Made by a program: the position numbers and the translations under genes. Positions 16,761 through 29,849 of a stretch of DNA of 64,000 nt are shown here, one piece after another. Source of the stretch: the human T2T-CHM13v2.0 reference genome, Homo sapiens; the NCBI RefSeq assembly GCF_009914755.1, contig NC_060936.1; one strand, given 5' to 3'. The notes beneath the pieces are model-generated. The model saw only the letters and a program-made list of their open reading frames with translations, was not told the DNA's origin and did not search any database. Every line of letters starts with the position of its first letter. The stretch's first letter is position 1.

Positions 16761-17892
16761 AGTTGAAGTGACTGCTTGTTCCATGGGCTGCAGAATGGAT
16801 GTTGTGTTAGCAGCATGAAAACAACATTCATATCCTTGTAGAGCTCCATCAGAGCTCTTGGGCACCTAGATACATTGTCAGTGAGTGGTACTGTTTTGAA
16901 ATAAATCTTTTCATCAGAGTGGTAAGTTTCAATAGCAGACTTAAAATACTCAGTAAACCATGCTGTAAACAAATGTGCTATCATCTAGGCTTTGATGTTG
17001 CCCAGGCAATGTAGATTTAGCATAATTCTTAAGAGTCCTCAGATTTTCAGAATGGCCAATGAGCATTGACTTCAACTTAAAGTCACCAGCTGCATTAGCT
17101 GCTAATGAGAGTCAGCCTTTCTTAGAATCTTAGAAGCTTTGAAGCCAGGTATTGACTTTTCCTCTCTAGCTATGAAAGTCCTAGACCTAGATATCATCTT
17201 CTTCCAGTAAAAGGCTGTTTGATCTTTATTGAAAATCTGTTGCTTAGTGTAGCATTCTTTATCAATGATGTTAGCTAGGTCTTCTGGATAACGTGCTGCA
17301 GCTTCTGCATCAGGACTTGCTTTACCTTGCACTTTCATGTTATGGAGATGGCTTCTTAAACCTCATGAAGCAACCTCTGCTGGCTTCAAACTTTTCTTCT
17401 GCAGCTTCTCTACCTCTCTCAACCTATGCATAGAATTTAAGAGAGTTTAGGGCCTTGCTCTGGATTAGGCTTTGGCTTAATAGAATGTCTTGACTGGTTT
17501 GATATTCTATCCAGACCTCTACAACTGTCTCCATATCAGCAAGGCTCTTTCACTTTCCTGACATTTGGGTGTTCACTTGAGAATCACTTTTATTTTCCAT
17601 TGAGAACTTTTCATTTACATTCACAGCTTGGCTGTTTGGTGCAAGAGGCATAGCTTTTAGCCTTTCTCAGCTTTGCCATACCTTTCTCACTAAACTTAAT
17701 CATTTCTAGCTTTTAATTTAAAGTGAGAGACATACGACTCTTCCTTTCACTTGAACACTGAGAGGCCATTGTGGGGTTATTAATTGGCCTAATTTCATTA
17801 TTGTTGAATGGTGTATCAGGGAGCCCTAAGGATGGAGAGAGAGATGAAGGTAACAGCCAGTCAATGGAGTACTCAAAAGACACATAACATTT

Positions 17893-18205
17893 GGCTGGGT
17901 GCAGTGGCTCACGCCTGTAATCCCAGCACTTTGGGAGGCCGAGGCGGGTGGATCACGTGAGGTTGGGAGTTCAAGACCACCCTGACCAACATGGAGAAAC
18001 CCTGTTTCTCCTAAAAATACAAAATTAGCCAGATGTGGTGGCACATGCCTGTAATCCCAGCTAGTAGGGAGGCTGAGGCAGGAGAATCGTTTGAGCCCGG
18101 AAGGTGGAGGTTGCGGTGAGCCAGAGATTGTGCCGTTGCACTCCAGCCTGGGCAACAAGAGCGAAACTCCATCTCAAAAAAAGAAAAAAAAGGAAAAAAA
18201 AAAAA
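17893..18205 (+). mobile_element. AluSp-like within Tigger1
   Basis: Dimer; atggagaaacc diagnostic. Confidence 0.88.
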
Positions 18206-18430
18206 GACACAGAACATTTACACTCCAAAACATTTACAAAGGTGACATCAAGATCACTGATCACAGATCACTATAACAGATATAGTAATAATGAAAGTGT
18301 TTTAAATATTGTGAGAATTACCAAAATGTGATATAAAGACAGGAAGCAAGCACATGCTGTTAGAAAAATGGTGCTGATAGTCTTGCTTGTCACAGGGTTG
18401 CCACAAACCTTCAATTAAAAAAAAAAAAAA

Positions 18431-18733
18431 GGCCGGGCGTGGTGGCTCACGCCTGTAATCCCAGCACTTTGGGAGGCTGAGGTGGGCGGATCACAAGTTC
18501 AGGAGACCGAGACCATCCTGGCTAACACAGTGAAAACTCATCTCTACTAAAAAAATACAAAAAAATTAACCAGGCCTGGTGGTGGGCACCTGTAGTCCCA
18601 GCTCCTTGGGAGGGTGAGGCAGGAGAATAGCGTGAACCCAGGAGACAGAGCTTGCAGTGAGCCCAGATCACGCCACTGCACTCCAGCCTGGGTGACAGAG
18701 TGAGACTCCATCTCAAAAAAAAAAAAAAAAAAA
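18431..18733 (+). mobile_element. AluY/Sc within Tigger1
   Basis: Dimer. Confidence 0.88.
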
Positions 18734-18795
18734 GTATTTGCAAAGCATAATAAAGCAACATGCAATAAAATGGGATGTACCTGTGTATTGCTATA

Positions 18796-19295
18796 CAGGT
18801 ACTGGTCCGTGGCCTGTTAGGAACCAGGCTGCACAGCAGGAGGTGAGTGCCAGGCAAAAAAGCAAAGCTTCATCTGTATTTACAGCCGCTCCCTATTGCT
18901 TGCATTACCACCTAAGCTCTGCCCCCTGTTAGATCAGTGGCGGCATTGGATTCTCATAGGAGCGCAAGCCCTGTTGTGAACTGTGCATGCGAGGGATCTA
19001 GGTTGCATGCTCCTTATGAGAACCTAATGCCTGATGATCTGTCACTTCTCCCATCACCCCCAGATGGGACCATCTAGTTGCAGGAAAAGAAGCACAGGGC
19101 TCCCATTGATTCTACATTATGGTGAGTTGTATAATTATTTCATTATATGGTACAATGAGTAATAATGGAAATAAAGTGTACAATAAATGTAATGCGCTTG
19201 AATCATCCCAAAACCATCCCCCCAACCCCTGGTCCATGGAAAAATTGTCTTCCATGAAAGTGGTCCCTGGTACCAAAAAAGGTTGGTGACCGTTG
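18796..19295 (+). mobile_element. MER1A hAT-Charlie element
   Basis: ggtccgtggcctgttaggaacc...ggtccctggtaccaaaaaaggttgg; ~500 bp. Confidence 0.85.
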
Positions 19296-22138
19296 CCTTA
19301 TACTATGTCCTTTACATACTGTCACTCATTTCACTTATCTGTAAGCTATAATCACCAGATATACTATTGTTATTTTTTATTATCTGTTAGATCAATCAAA
19401 AGTAAGAAAAAGAAATATTTTGCTTCTATTGATTTCTTCTCTAACACTCTTCCTTACTCTATGTAAATTCAAGTTTTGACCTCTATATTTTCCTTCTCTG
19501 AAGATCTCCTTTTAACATTTCTTGTGAAGCAAGTCTCCTGGTGCATATGGCCTCAGTTTTTGTTTGTCTGAGAAAGTCTATTTCTCCTTGACTTTTGAAG
19601 AGTGATTTTACTGGATACAAAATTCTAGGTTAGTGGATGTTTATCTTTCAACAGTTTAAATATCTCATTCCATTCTTCTTGCTTGCATTATTCCTAAAGA
19701 GACATCAGTGTATTCTTCTCCTTGTCCTTCCATCAGTAAGTTGGTTTTTTCCCTCTTAATTCTGTGAAGGTTTTTTTCTTTGTCTTTGGTTTTTGGAAGT
19801 TTGAATATGATGTGGCTAGGTGTTGATTTTTTAATATTTATCTTGTTTAGTGTTGTCTGTGTTTCCTGGATCTGTGATTTCTTGTGTGACATTAGTTTTG
19901 GAAAATTCTCACTTCGTTCTTACTTCAAATATTTTTTGTGTTCTTTCTCTTTTTCTTCTCTTTATGGTATTCCCACTGCATATATTTGCAGCTTTTGTTA
20001 TCACCCCACAGTCCTTGAATATTCTGTTTGTTTCCTCTATTCTTTGTTCCCTTTGCTTTTCAGTTTGGGAAGTTCCTGTTGACATATCTTACTTACATCT
20101 TCAAGTCCACTGATTCTTTCCTTATCTGTATCCAGTCTGTTGATGAGTCTATGAAAGACATTGTTTATTTCTGTTACAGTTTTTTTCATATTTCTAGCAT
20201 TTTCTTTTTATTCTTAGCATCTCATCTCTGCTTACATTATTCATTTGTTCTTGATGTTCACTTTTTCCATTAGTCTTAGCATATTTATTATAATTATTTT
20301 AAATTCTCAGTCTGAAAATGTCAAAATTTGTGTGATATCTGAGTCTGGTTCTAATGTTAGCTTTGCCTCTTCTGACCGTGTGTGTGGTGGTGGGCGGGGG
20401 TTGTTTGTTTTTATACTTTTGGCGTGCCTTGTCAGTTTTTGTTAAGTCAGACAGGATGTTTCAGTTAAGCATCTGAGGTAAATAGCCTTTGGCGTGAGGT
20501 TTTATGTTTATCTGGTTAGAATTTAGGCTATGTTTAATGTTTGCTGTAGCTGTAGGTGTCAGAAGCTTCAGTATTCCCTGATGTCCTTTTTTTTCTTCCT
20601 TTGTTGTTGTTGGATTTTTTTTAGAAACTCCTTTTTAAATATAGCCTGTATCTTGTAGCTCTCTCAGTTCTAATACACTGTTATACTATACTGGAAACCT
20701 GTTGATACAGTGGTAAGGTAATGGGGAGGTGAAATATTCTATAATCTTATGATTAAATCTCACTTTAAAAAAGTCGGCCTTCATCTAAGGGCTGCGACTT
20801 TGGTAAGTTTTTCAGCCTTTATTTTTTTTCTCCTGTGTAAGACGAAAAGTCTAGAGAGGGCCCGTGTTTTCTAATTGCTTTTCCTGTAAGTCAGATAAGG
20901 CTCTGGTAAAGTCGTTTTTCATGAGACAGACCTTTGTAAGGTGAAGAGAACAGTCTGGGCATATTAGAAATGTTTACTCACCCCCTTCCATTCCTGGAAG
21001 CAGGGAGAAATTTTTCTTCAGTCTTCACTGTGAGATCCTGGACTCTGAAGGTAATTCACACAAAAGTATGGGTTCTCCACAGAAACTGACCTCCCGCCCC
21101 AAGGGTTTTTAATTGTGAAGATTAGCAGTTTGTCAGTTGCTGTTTAAGGGTTCCTGCAAGTTACGGGCTCCAGCTATAAGGGCTGATTCTCTGTATTCAA
21201 GGGTCTCTCCAGCTTTCAGAGTGGTAGTTTGCCCTGTGACCTCAGTTCTCTGACAGATCCAGGAGGAGTTGTAAATTTTCAGTTTGTTCATCTTATTTCT
21301 TATTGTGAGGATGGGACTGATGACTTGCAGCTTTTTACATGTTTGAAAGGAAACTGAAAGTCCTCATCATTATCTTTTATCCTTGTTTATCATCATTAAG
21401 CACAATGTTGACTATTAGTTTATCCTTGAAATGTATAAATAATGTGTGATTGTATAAAACATTTTTGAGACTCCCTCAAAAGTGTCCTTTATTTAAAAAT
21501 ATCTATGAATTGCTGTTTAAATTCTGTGTAATTGGAGAAAAGGACTTGATGCCTTTGAATAGTGGAGTTTATATTAAGTGTTTTTAGGACTTTATTTTTC
21601 TAGGCTACAGTGTTCTTTGAATAAGTGGTGTCAGGCAAAGTTAAGAAAGGCCCTCTACCTTGCCTTTAAACATAGGAGTTTTGCTTTTGTTTTATATATA
21701 GGGGTTTTAAGTAATATTTTGTTTGAAGATTCTGTTGCTAAAAAGACATTTGAAAAACACTTTTCTGGAATCTATTGCTCCTCATATATTTCTCGTTAAA
21801 AACTGCTACAGAAAGATGAAAATTATTTTCCCTTAAGAGGAATAAAATCTACATTATATTTGTATTTAGAATTGCATTATTGAAAGTCAAACCAGGAATA
21901 TAGAGGATCTCAAATATATTCTAAACAAATATTTCCTGTGTGAAAACTTGTCTGTCTATGAAGGAGGGACTTTTACTTGGTACTGATAAAACTGATAATT
22001 CCCCAACTGCCCAGGAAATCTACCCAAGTGATGTTGAGGTTCAAATCACCAGGTTCCTACTGAACCTTATACAGTTACAATTCCTCCTAAAGTTCCTATT
22101 GTAAGGTATAATTACTCCTACTGTACAAGCCAGAATAA

Positions 22139-23958
22139 TTTTTTTGTTTGTTTGTTTATTTGTTGGGTGACCCAGGCAATTTTATTACTTTATCCCTGAA
22201 CCTCAGTTGCCTCATGGATAAGATGGGGATAATAATAGCACTCATTTTATAATTATGAAGATTAAACACATTAATGCAAGGAAAACACTTGAGTCTGTGT
22301 CTAGCACATGCTCAACACTTAACAGATGTTATTTATACATGCTGATGTCTCAAACAGGCATGGAATGTTAAATACATAAAACAGGAAGTTTTAGCCATTG
22401 ACATATTCTCTGCCCCTACCCCAGTTTGTCCAAGCCTATCGAGATAGTGTCCTTAATCTTTGCAGGTGTTGGATTCAAGACAACTGTCAGATGGCGTTCA
22501 TCTGCATAAGTGAATATAAATGCAGTTTTGGCTGTTTGGGGGGACACAACACTAGAGTTTAATCTTCGAACTTGACTTGGAAGCATTCCTGCCAATATAA
22601 AAGATTTTGTTTGAGGCATTGGAGAAGCCAAAGCCTGCTCCTAGGTTGAACTTCCAGCTCATGGCCTAGTTGTAGTCCTGCTGCAGGTTCTGCTGCAAGC
22701 TATTTGCTGCCTTCTTGCTGAGGGTCATGTTGGGCCTTGCAGTCATGCTAGGGGGGCAGCTGAATGAAGGGGTCAGATTTTTGAATCCACCCATGTTTGA
22801 GAAATTTCCATTTCTGTTCCTTGTTCTTAAAACCAGTATCCTACTGGCCAAACTGGGTTACTGTCCACTTCCTGGTTTCAGAAGCTTCTCTTTTGCCCAG
22901 CTAAAGATCAGTCTGTTGCAAGGCCTTCCACCTCACCTGGTCTGTGTGCCCCTTGTCCATGTTGCCTTTCTTTTCCAACATAACCTCTGTGTCTGTCTGT
23001 TTTCTCTTTCCACGAGTTTCCTGCTACCCCACTCTCTTTCCTCTTCTTTTTTTCCTTTTCAGAGCCACGTCCTCAGTGAGTGGCTGCTCTGTTTTTCTTG
23101 GACTTCAGTTTCTTCTTTGCTGTGACCTTAGGGCCATCGCATATTGCGATGTATTTTGGAGCCTCAATTTTGACTGGCTTTTTTTTACTTCGTATCCTAA
23201 GGCTACATACACTTCATGGACCTGGAGGGCTTGGGGTGTGGCCTAGGAGGTTGTCTCCCTTCCGGTGGATTTTTTTGTCTTCTTCACTTAACCACTGTGT
23301 TCCCTGGGCTTCCCCTGCTTCCGTTCTGCCCCAAGGCTGCCTGCTCCTTGCCCTCCTTCCTCACTGAGCAAATGTAGGCAACATTCCTTTCCTTGCAGAA
23401 TCAAGGGTCCTGGACTGAGAAGGCTCTGGGTTCCTGTGCCCCTTTTTTTCCCTCTTGTGTTTTTTGAACTTCTCGCCAACTCTGGTCTCCTCCTCACTGT
23501 GTCTGGGATCTGGGGAGGTTTTCACCCCAGAGCCGTGGAACATGCCAGAGGTCACTTCTTTTTCTTCTTCCTGCTGAGGAACTCCAAGTGGCAAAGCGCC
23601 TGCTTCCTGGGGCTGGGTGACTTCCCTGTCTGTCTGTCACACAACATGGCCTCAGGTTCTAGGTGCTCCTTAGGGTGCTAAGGCTTGTCTTTGTTTTCAC
23701 TAGAGGCATCTCTGGTGTCCGCGCTTGTACCACACTCTTAGAGCGGGATGTGGCTCTTATAGGAGAAACATCAACAGAATGATTGTCATTGTTTAAAATT
23801 GAGATTAAGTCTCCAGTTCTTTGATGACCTTCTTTCTTTTTTACTTTGGGACCCCAAGGCCCAGGTCTCCTTTGTGGGCCTTGGTGATTATTCCCATAAG
23901 TCAAACTTCTCTGCCTCCAGGTGAGAGCCTACTTCACCATGACCCAGAAGTCCCGGAA
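22139..23958 (-). pseudogene. KNOP1P2: KNOP1 (lysine-rich nucleolar protein 1) processed pseudogene, probably KNOP1P2; CDS remnant 22559-23891
   Basis: Intronless minus-strand remnants HGSGVKTSPDPRHSEEETRVG and MGGFKNLTPSF...LQQNLQQDY, ending FED*; start codon mutated to ATA; frameshifts; AATAAA 22182-22187 and decayed poly(A) 22139-22163. The numbered symbol is from memory. Confidence 0.9.
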
Positions 23959-25289
23959 TAAGACTTTTGTACCGAACTGGCTAAAGTACGAATAATGCTT
24001 TGTCTGATAGAAAATTACTGAAAACAACAACAGACACCAACTTCACTATATTTTGCAAGTGATTAAAAACTTACAGGTAGCTAGAATTTGTTTTCTAGAA
24101 CAAAGGTAGATTGATTTACATGATTACTTCTACTTCTTCCAAAAGTATTGAAGTATCTAAAGACGAGCTGAATGTTACACATAAAACTGCCATCTTGATA
24201 ATGTGAAAATACTTGAAAGAGTAAAATATCCAAGTGGAATTTTTAAATTCATGATAACATGCCTTAGCAAATACTGTTTAATTTTAGGTAAACTGCCAAT
24301 TTAGGTTGAAATTAATCAGTAGTTAGATTGATCAATAGCTTGACTTAAATGTCAGTGGGAGAAACAAATTGAAATTAGTTTTGTAGCATCATTTGTCTCA
24401 ATTTTGTGGTCATAAAACCAGAAGAGATCTTCAGAGGGTTATATGTTGTTTTCTGAAGTTTTGTGGTATTAGCACAATGCCTTGCACATAAAATGCTTTT
24501 AACTAACATATTTTTGACTAAGTTAAATGAATGAAGTTTACCTAGCTTGATTCTAAAGTCATCAGTTCTTTGCTGACTTAGCCTGTTGGCATCTTGCATT
24601 TTCAATTGTCAGGATAACAAGTTGTCGTCATCTTGCTGTTTCTAGGTTGATAAAATATTTTGTGTGAGAGCGCTAAAATACTAGATATTTTGCTAATATT
24701 ACTATCCTTATAATTTGAACTAATGAGCCTTCATAAATGTGAGATTAATTTCATTTAATAATTTATTTTTGGTAACATCAGTTTGAGAAATATGTGTTCC
24801 TTAGGCCTTAACTACTGATTTGCCATAAATAATTTTTTTAACTAGGAAATACCCTGATTTCTACCACACATAGTAGTAGAATTTTTACCTTGCTCTATTA
24901 TTTTAAACATTGAATACCAAAGAATTTGATTACTTAAAGATGTTATCAAATGCCAAAAGGTTACATAACAATGAGAAGAATTTGCCAAATCATGTTGAAG
25001 ACATTTTTGTTATCAAATATTTACAATAGTTGGGAAAAGAATTTCCTAGGGTGAGAATCTAGTATGTACTTCAGCAAAAACAAAAACAAAGAAACAAACC
25101 TTATTTATTCCTTGGAAACTTGTGCGTAAAATAAGGAGAATTATATACCAATGCTAACCTCTTATCTAGTATGCTTTCAGAATTTATTTGCCAGTATGAT
25201 ATCACAGATACTGTATATAAAAATATACCCCCATTTTTACCTAGTAATACATCTATGTGTAGTATTTGAGTAAACAATTATGTAGTATC

Positions 25290-25500
25290 ACATAGAAGGA
25301 GAAAATCAGGTCTTTTATGTTAGACATACCAGGTTTCAAATCCCAGTTCTGTTACTTAGCTGTATAACTCTGGAAAAGTTACTTTTTGAAAGCCCACTTC
25401 CTCAGCAGTAAAGGGATAATTTTATGTTCAAAGAGCAGTCATGGGAATCAAATAAGATGATATATGTGAATATGCCAGATACATAGTAAGTTCTGAGCAA
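25290..25500 (+). mobile_element. MIR
   Basis: ggtttcaaatcccagttctg-tacttagctgt core. Confidence 0.6.
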
Positions 25501-25737
25501 ACAGAAGTTCAAGTGGAGACGTACTTTGCGCTATGTGCAGCTTTGTCAAGAACAGTGTGAACTGATGTGCTAGCATATCTTTCAAAGAGAAGAATGAATG
25601 AATAAGCTAGAATTTAAAAGTTTAAAATTATTTGGTATGCTTTTTTTATTTCATTAAAACCACACAGATATACACATCATCACTTATTTTTATTTTATCT
25701 CCAAGTTTATGTTTAGCTTATTAAGAATAACATTGTT

Positions 25738-26047
<310 letters not shown>

Positions 26048-27201
26048 TTATAATACCTGAATTGTACAAATCAGCTTTCATAGCACTTTTCAAATGTGAA
26101 CTACTGTTTCAGCCCAATATTCATATTTGTTTGGCAGGTACACATTTTAAAAACATTTTAAAACAAAGTCCCTGATAATTCACTTTTATATTTTACTATG
26201 TAAAATAAGTGACTGCTTCACAGACCGGCGGGTTAATAGCACTTGATGTGGGAAGGTCAAAGAGCAAATACAGAAATCTTTTCCTGTAATAATTATTAGG
26301 AGGAAAGGAAAGGAGTCAGAACTGAGGGCAGTTGGTTTGGATCATCCCCCATATGAACCCCTTCCTATATTTGGGATATTTCCTACAATTTCAGTCTTAC
26401 TAGGAGGCAGGGCCCATCTTTGTACAAAAGCCCCCCAAGAAGGCCAAATACTTGCTTCCTCCCCTATTGCCTTTGGCAGCTACACTAGTCAATCAGTTGT
26501 TCCCACCTATGACTTTTAATCTGGATTGACGGTAGCACAGAAGCTGAGACTGGAGAATTCATTCTTGTAGGAACAGCAATATTTTGTTTCCAAGAATACC
26601 AGTACTGATTTTCAGTTTTCCAGTTTGTATTTATAATGTTTCATCATGTATTAAGGAAATAAATTAATTTCTCTTTAATAGTGTAGTTAGTACTTTTTTT
26701 CTATTTTGAACTTTTGCAACTAGATAAAATAAAGTTGGGTTAGCCTCTCACCAAGGTTGTTGGTATATTTTTTCCCCAGAATTTTAGCAGCTTGTTACTA
26801 AGTCTTATTTGAATATATAATAATGCTTGCCCTTGATATTTCTTTTGTCATAGAATATATATATCTAAAACAGATGCCAAGGGTTGAGGTACAAGTTCAT
26901 GGTTCTGCAACCAATAATAGAGCCTTTTTTAAAACTAAAATATGTTTGCAGTATGAATTTTTTGGATGTATAGTCTCACATATACATTTATGTGCATTTA
27001 TTAACATTTATGTGCCATCTTTTTAACTAGAATATTCCTGCAAAAAAAAAAAATCCCTTGCATTTTAAGTCAGGTGAGTTTGTTTGTTTGTTTGTTTCAG
27101 TAGGAAGGCTATAAAGAAGGATATGGAATACTCTTTGGCCACCAAAGAAAAATAGCCTGCCAAGACCTTGAGTAAATAAGAAAACTCCAAATGAAACTAT
27201 C

Positions 27202-28670
27202 TGTATTGTCCATTCTTATGCTGCTATAAAGAACTGCCAGAGACTGGGTAATTTGCAAAGGAAAGAGGTTTAATTGACTCACACTTCTGCAGGGCTGGGC
27301 AGGCCTCAGGAAACTTGCAATCATGGCAGAAGGAGAAGCAAACATGTCCTTCTTCACATGGCAGCAGGAGAGAGAAGTGCTGAGCAAACAGGGATAAGCC
27401 CTTTATAAAACCATCAGATCTCATGAGAACTCACTCAGTATCACAAGAACAGCATAGGGGTAACCCCATGATTCAGTTACCTCCTACTGGGTCCCTCCTA
27501 TGACAAGTAAGGATTATGGGAACTACAATTCAAGGTGAGATTTGGGTGGGTACACAGCCAAACCGTATCATTCTGCCCTGGCCCCTCCCAAATCTCATGT
27601 CCTCACATTTCAAAACACAATCATGCCTTTCCAGGAGTCCCCCAGAGTCTGAGCTCATTCCATCATTAACCAAAAAGTCCAAGTCCAAAGTCTCATTTGA
27701 GACAAGGAAAGTCCCTTCCACCTATCAGCCTGTAAAATCAAAAGCAAGTTAGTTACTTCCTAGATACAGTGGGATAGAGGCATTGAGTATATATACCCAT
27801 TCCAAATGGGAGAAATTGGCCAAAACAAAGAGGCTACAGGCACCATCCAAATCCATAATCCAATAGGGTAGTCATTAAACCTTAAAGTTCCAAAATGATC
27901 TCCTTTGACTCCATGTTTCACACCCTGGTCACGCTGATGCACGAGGTGGGCTCCTACAGCCTTGCGCAGCTCCACCCCTGTGGCTTTGCAGGATACAGTG
28001 CCCCCCCTGGTCAGCTGCCATCATGGGTTGGCATTGAGTGTCTGCGGTTTCTCCAGGAGCACAGTGCAAGCTGTTCATTTATCTACCATTCTGGGGTCTG
28101 GAGGATGATGGCCCTCTTCTCACAGCTCCACTAGGTAGTGTCCCAGTGGGGACTCTGTGTGGGGCTCTGACCTGCCCTAGCAGATGTTCTCCATGAGGGT
28201 TCTGCCCCTGCAGCAAACTTCTGCTTGGACATCCAGATGTTTCCATACATCCTCTGAAATCTAGGTGGAGGTTCCCAAACATCCTCTGAAATCTAGGTGG
28301 AGGTTCCCAAACCTCAATTTTTGATTTTTATGTACCCACAGGCTCAACACCACGTGAAAGCTGCCAAGGCTTGGGATTTGCACTCTCTGAAGCTACAGCC
28401 CAAGCTGTACCTTGGCCCTTTTTAGCCATGGCTGGAACAGCTGGGATGCAGGGCATCAAGTCCCTAGGCTGCAGGCAGCATGGGGGCCTGGGGCTGGCCC
28501 AGGAAATAATTTTGTCCTGCTAGGGCTCTGGGGAGAGGCTGCCATGAAGGTCTCTGACATGCCCTGGAGACATTTTCCCCATTGTCTTGGTGATTAACAT
28601 TCAGCTCCTTGTTACTTATACAAATTCCTGCAGCAGACCTGAATTTCTCCCCAGAAAATGGGTTTTCATT
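27202..28670 (-). mobile_element. THE1D-like LTR (27202-27570) plus ~1.1 kb MaLR internal sequence; other LTR missing
   Basis: LTR termini tgtatt...aaccgtatca, then polypurine-tract complement and THE1-int sequence. Confidence 0.88.
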
Positions 28671-29155
28671 TCAGGAAATTTGTACCTAGTAGCCTATGTG
28701 AATATTTGCTCAGTTGAACCAAACAGCTCTTCACTGGAATAAAAGAAAATACAATTTGGCTGAAGGGGAATTAAATGAAGAATAGAAGCTAATCCTGAGC
28801 TTTCACTGCAATGATTTAAATAATAAGCAGGAAACCAACTATTATAAATTATAGTGATGATGTAACTGAAAAAAATATATATATTTTAAATCGCCAGTGA
28901 CTGAGAGAAAAGTGTCAAAAACTTGTTACAGTAATTATATTAAATACTACATTTTGCATTGTTTTGCCAGATATTGATAAATTCTGGTTCCTTTCTTTTG
29001 AAAAAGTAGCAGGATCAAAGAAAAAGTGTTGTTTCTATCGCTTCTAGTTAGAATAACATTTGTTTTTTTATACTTAAGTGTGGGATTCAGAAGAGAGGAA
29101 AAGATAAAAGATGCAAAAGAGGGGATAATTTAGGAAGAAACACAATAGAATCCAA

Positions 29156-29465
29156 TGTTGTAGGAAAAAACCGGGTTCTTTTCACACAACCAGGAAAGAT
29201 TAGGCTCATAGACACATGGAAGTGTGAGGAGTGGAATTTACTGGATGAGAACGGAAAAGGAAAAACAACTCAGCAAAGTGAGATGGAGTCCTGCTAACAG
29301 GTTTTCCACCTCACAGATTGAATCCCAGCTTACCACACAGGAAGAGGAGTGGCCAGGCATCTCCCTTCTGCAAGTGGCACGAACTTCCCGAGGCTCCACC
29401 CCGTCCTTCCAGTGCAGAGGCTGGTCAGGGATTCTCTGAGGAGCCCTTTTAACTTGGTTGTCTCA
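29156..29465 (-). mobile_element. MER61-type (ERV1) solo LTR
   Basis: TG...CA termini, perfect 4-bp TSD CCAA, end cttggttgtctca. Confidence 0.75.
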
Positions 29466-29585
29466 CCAATATATAAGTGAAGGAGTTAACCAGGGAAATA
29501 GTAGCTACATTTGGCTGAGATCCTAGAGAAAGAAAGGATGAATAATGACTGAAGATCTAATGTACAGAAGAAAGTTAAAGAAGCT

Positions 29586-29849
<264 letters not shown>

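Larger units (their letters stand above)
15199..18783 (-). mobile_element. Full-length Tigger1 (pogo-family) DNA transposon, interrupted by 7SL and three Alus
   Basis: TA|CAGGCATACCTC TIR and ...GTACCTG at the other end; transposase remnants ([15 protein letters not shown]...[18 protein letters not shown]; [13 protein letters not shown]); ~2.4 kb once insertions are removed. Confidence 0.9.
11915..21360 (-). mobile_element. Old L1 (L1MC-like), antisense; 3' end, ORF2 and ORF1 remnants, hosting THE1, Tigger1 and MER1A
   Basis: L1 3' UTR at 11.9-12.5 kb; ORF2-like FDNLDEIGQFPERHNLPKLTQ; ORF1-like QIQETQTTLNKINIKKSTPSHIIFKL. Confidence 0.75.

Noticed and set aside
15850-17338. Possible active or domesticated Tigger transposase
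   Set aside because: Fragmented by stops, frameshifts, a 7SL copy and Alus
22715-23681. Hydrophobic + strand ORFs of 81-136 aa
   Set aside because: Antisense shadows of the Lys-rich KNOP1 pseudogene; hydrophobicity comes from TTT/CTT codons
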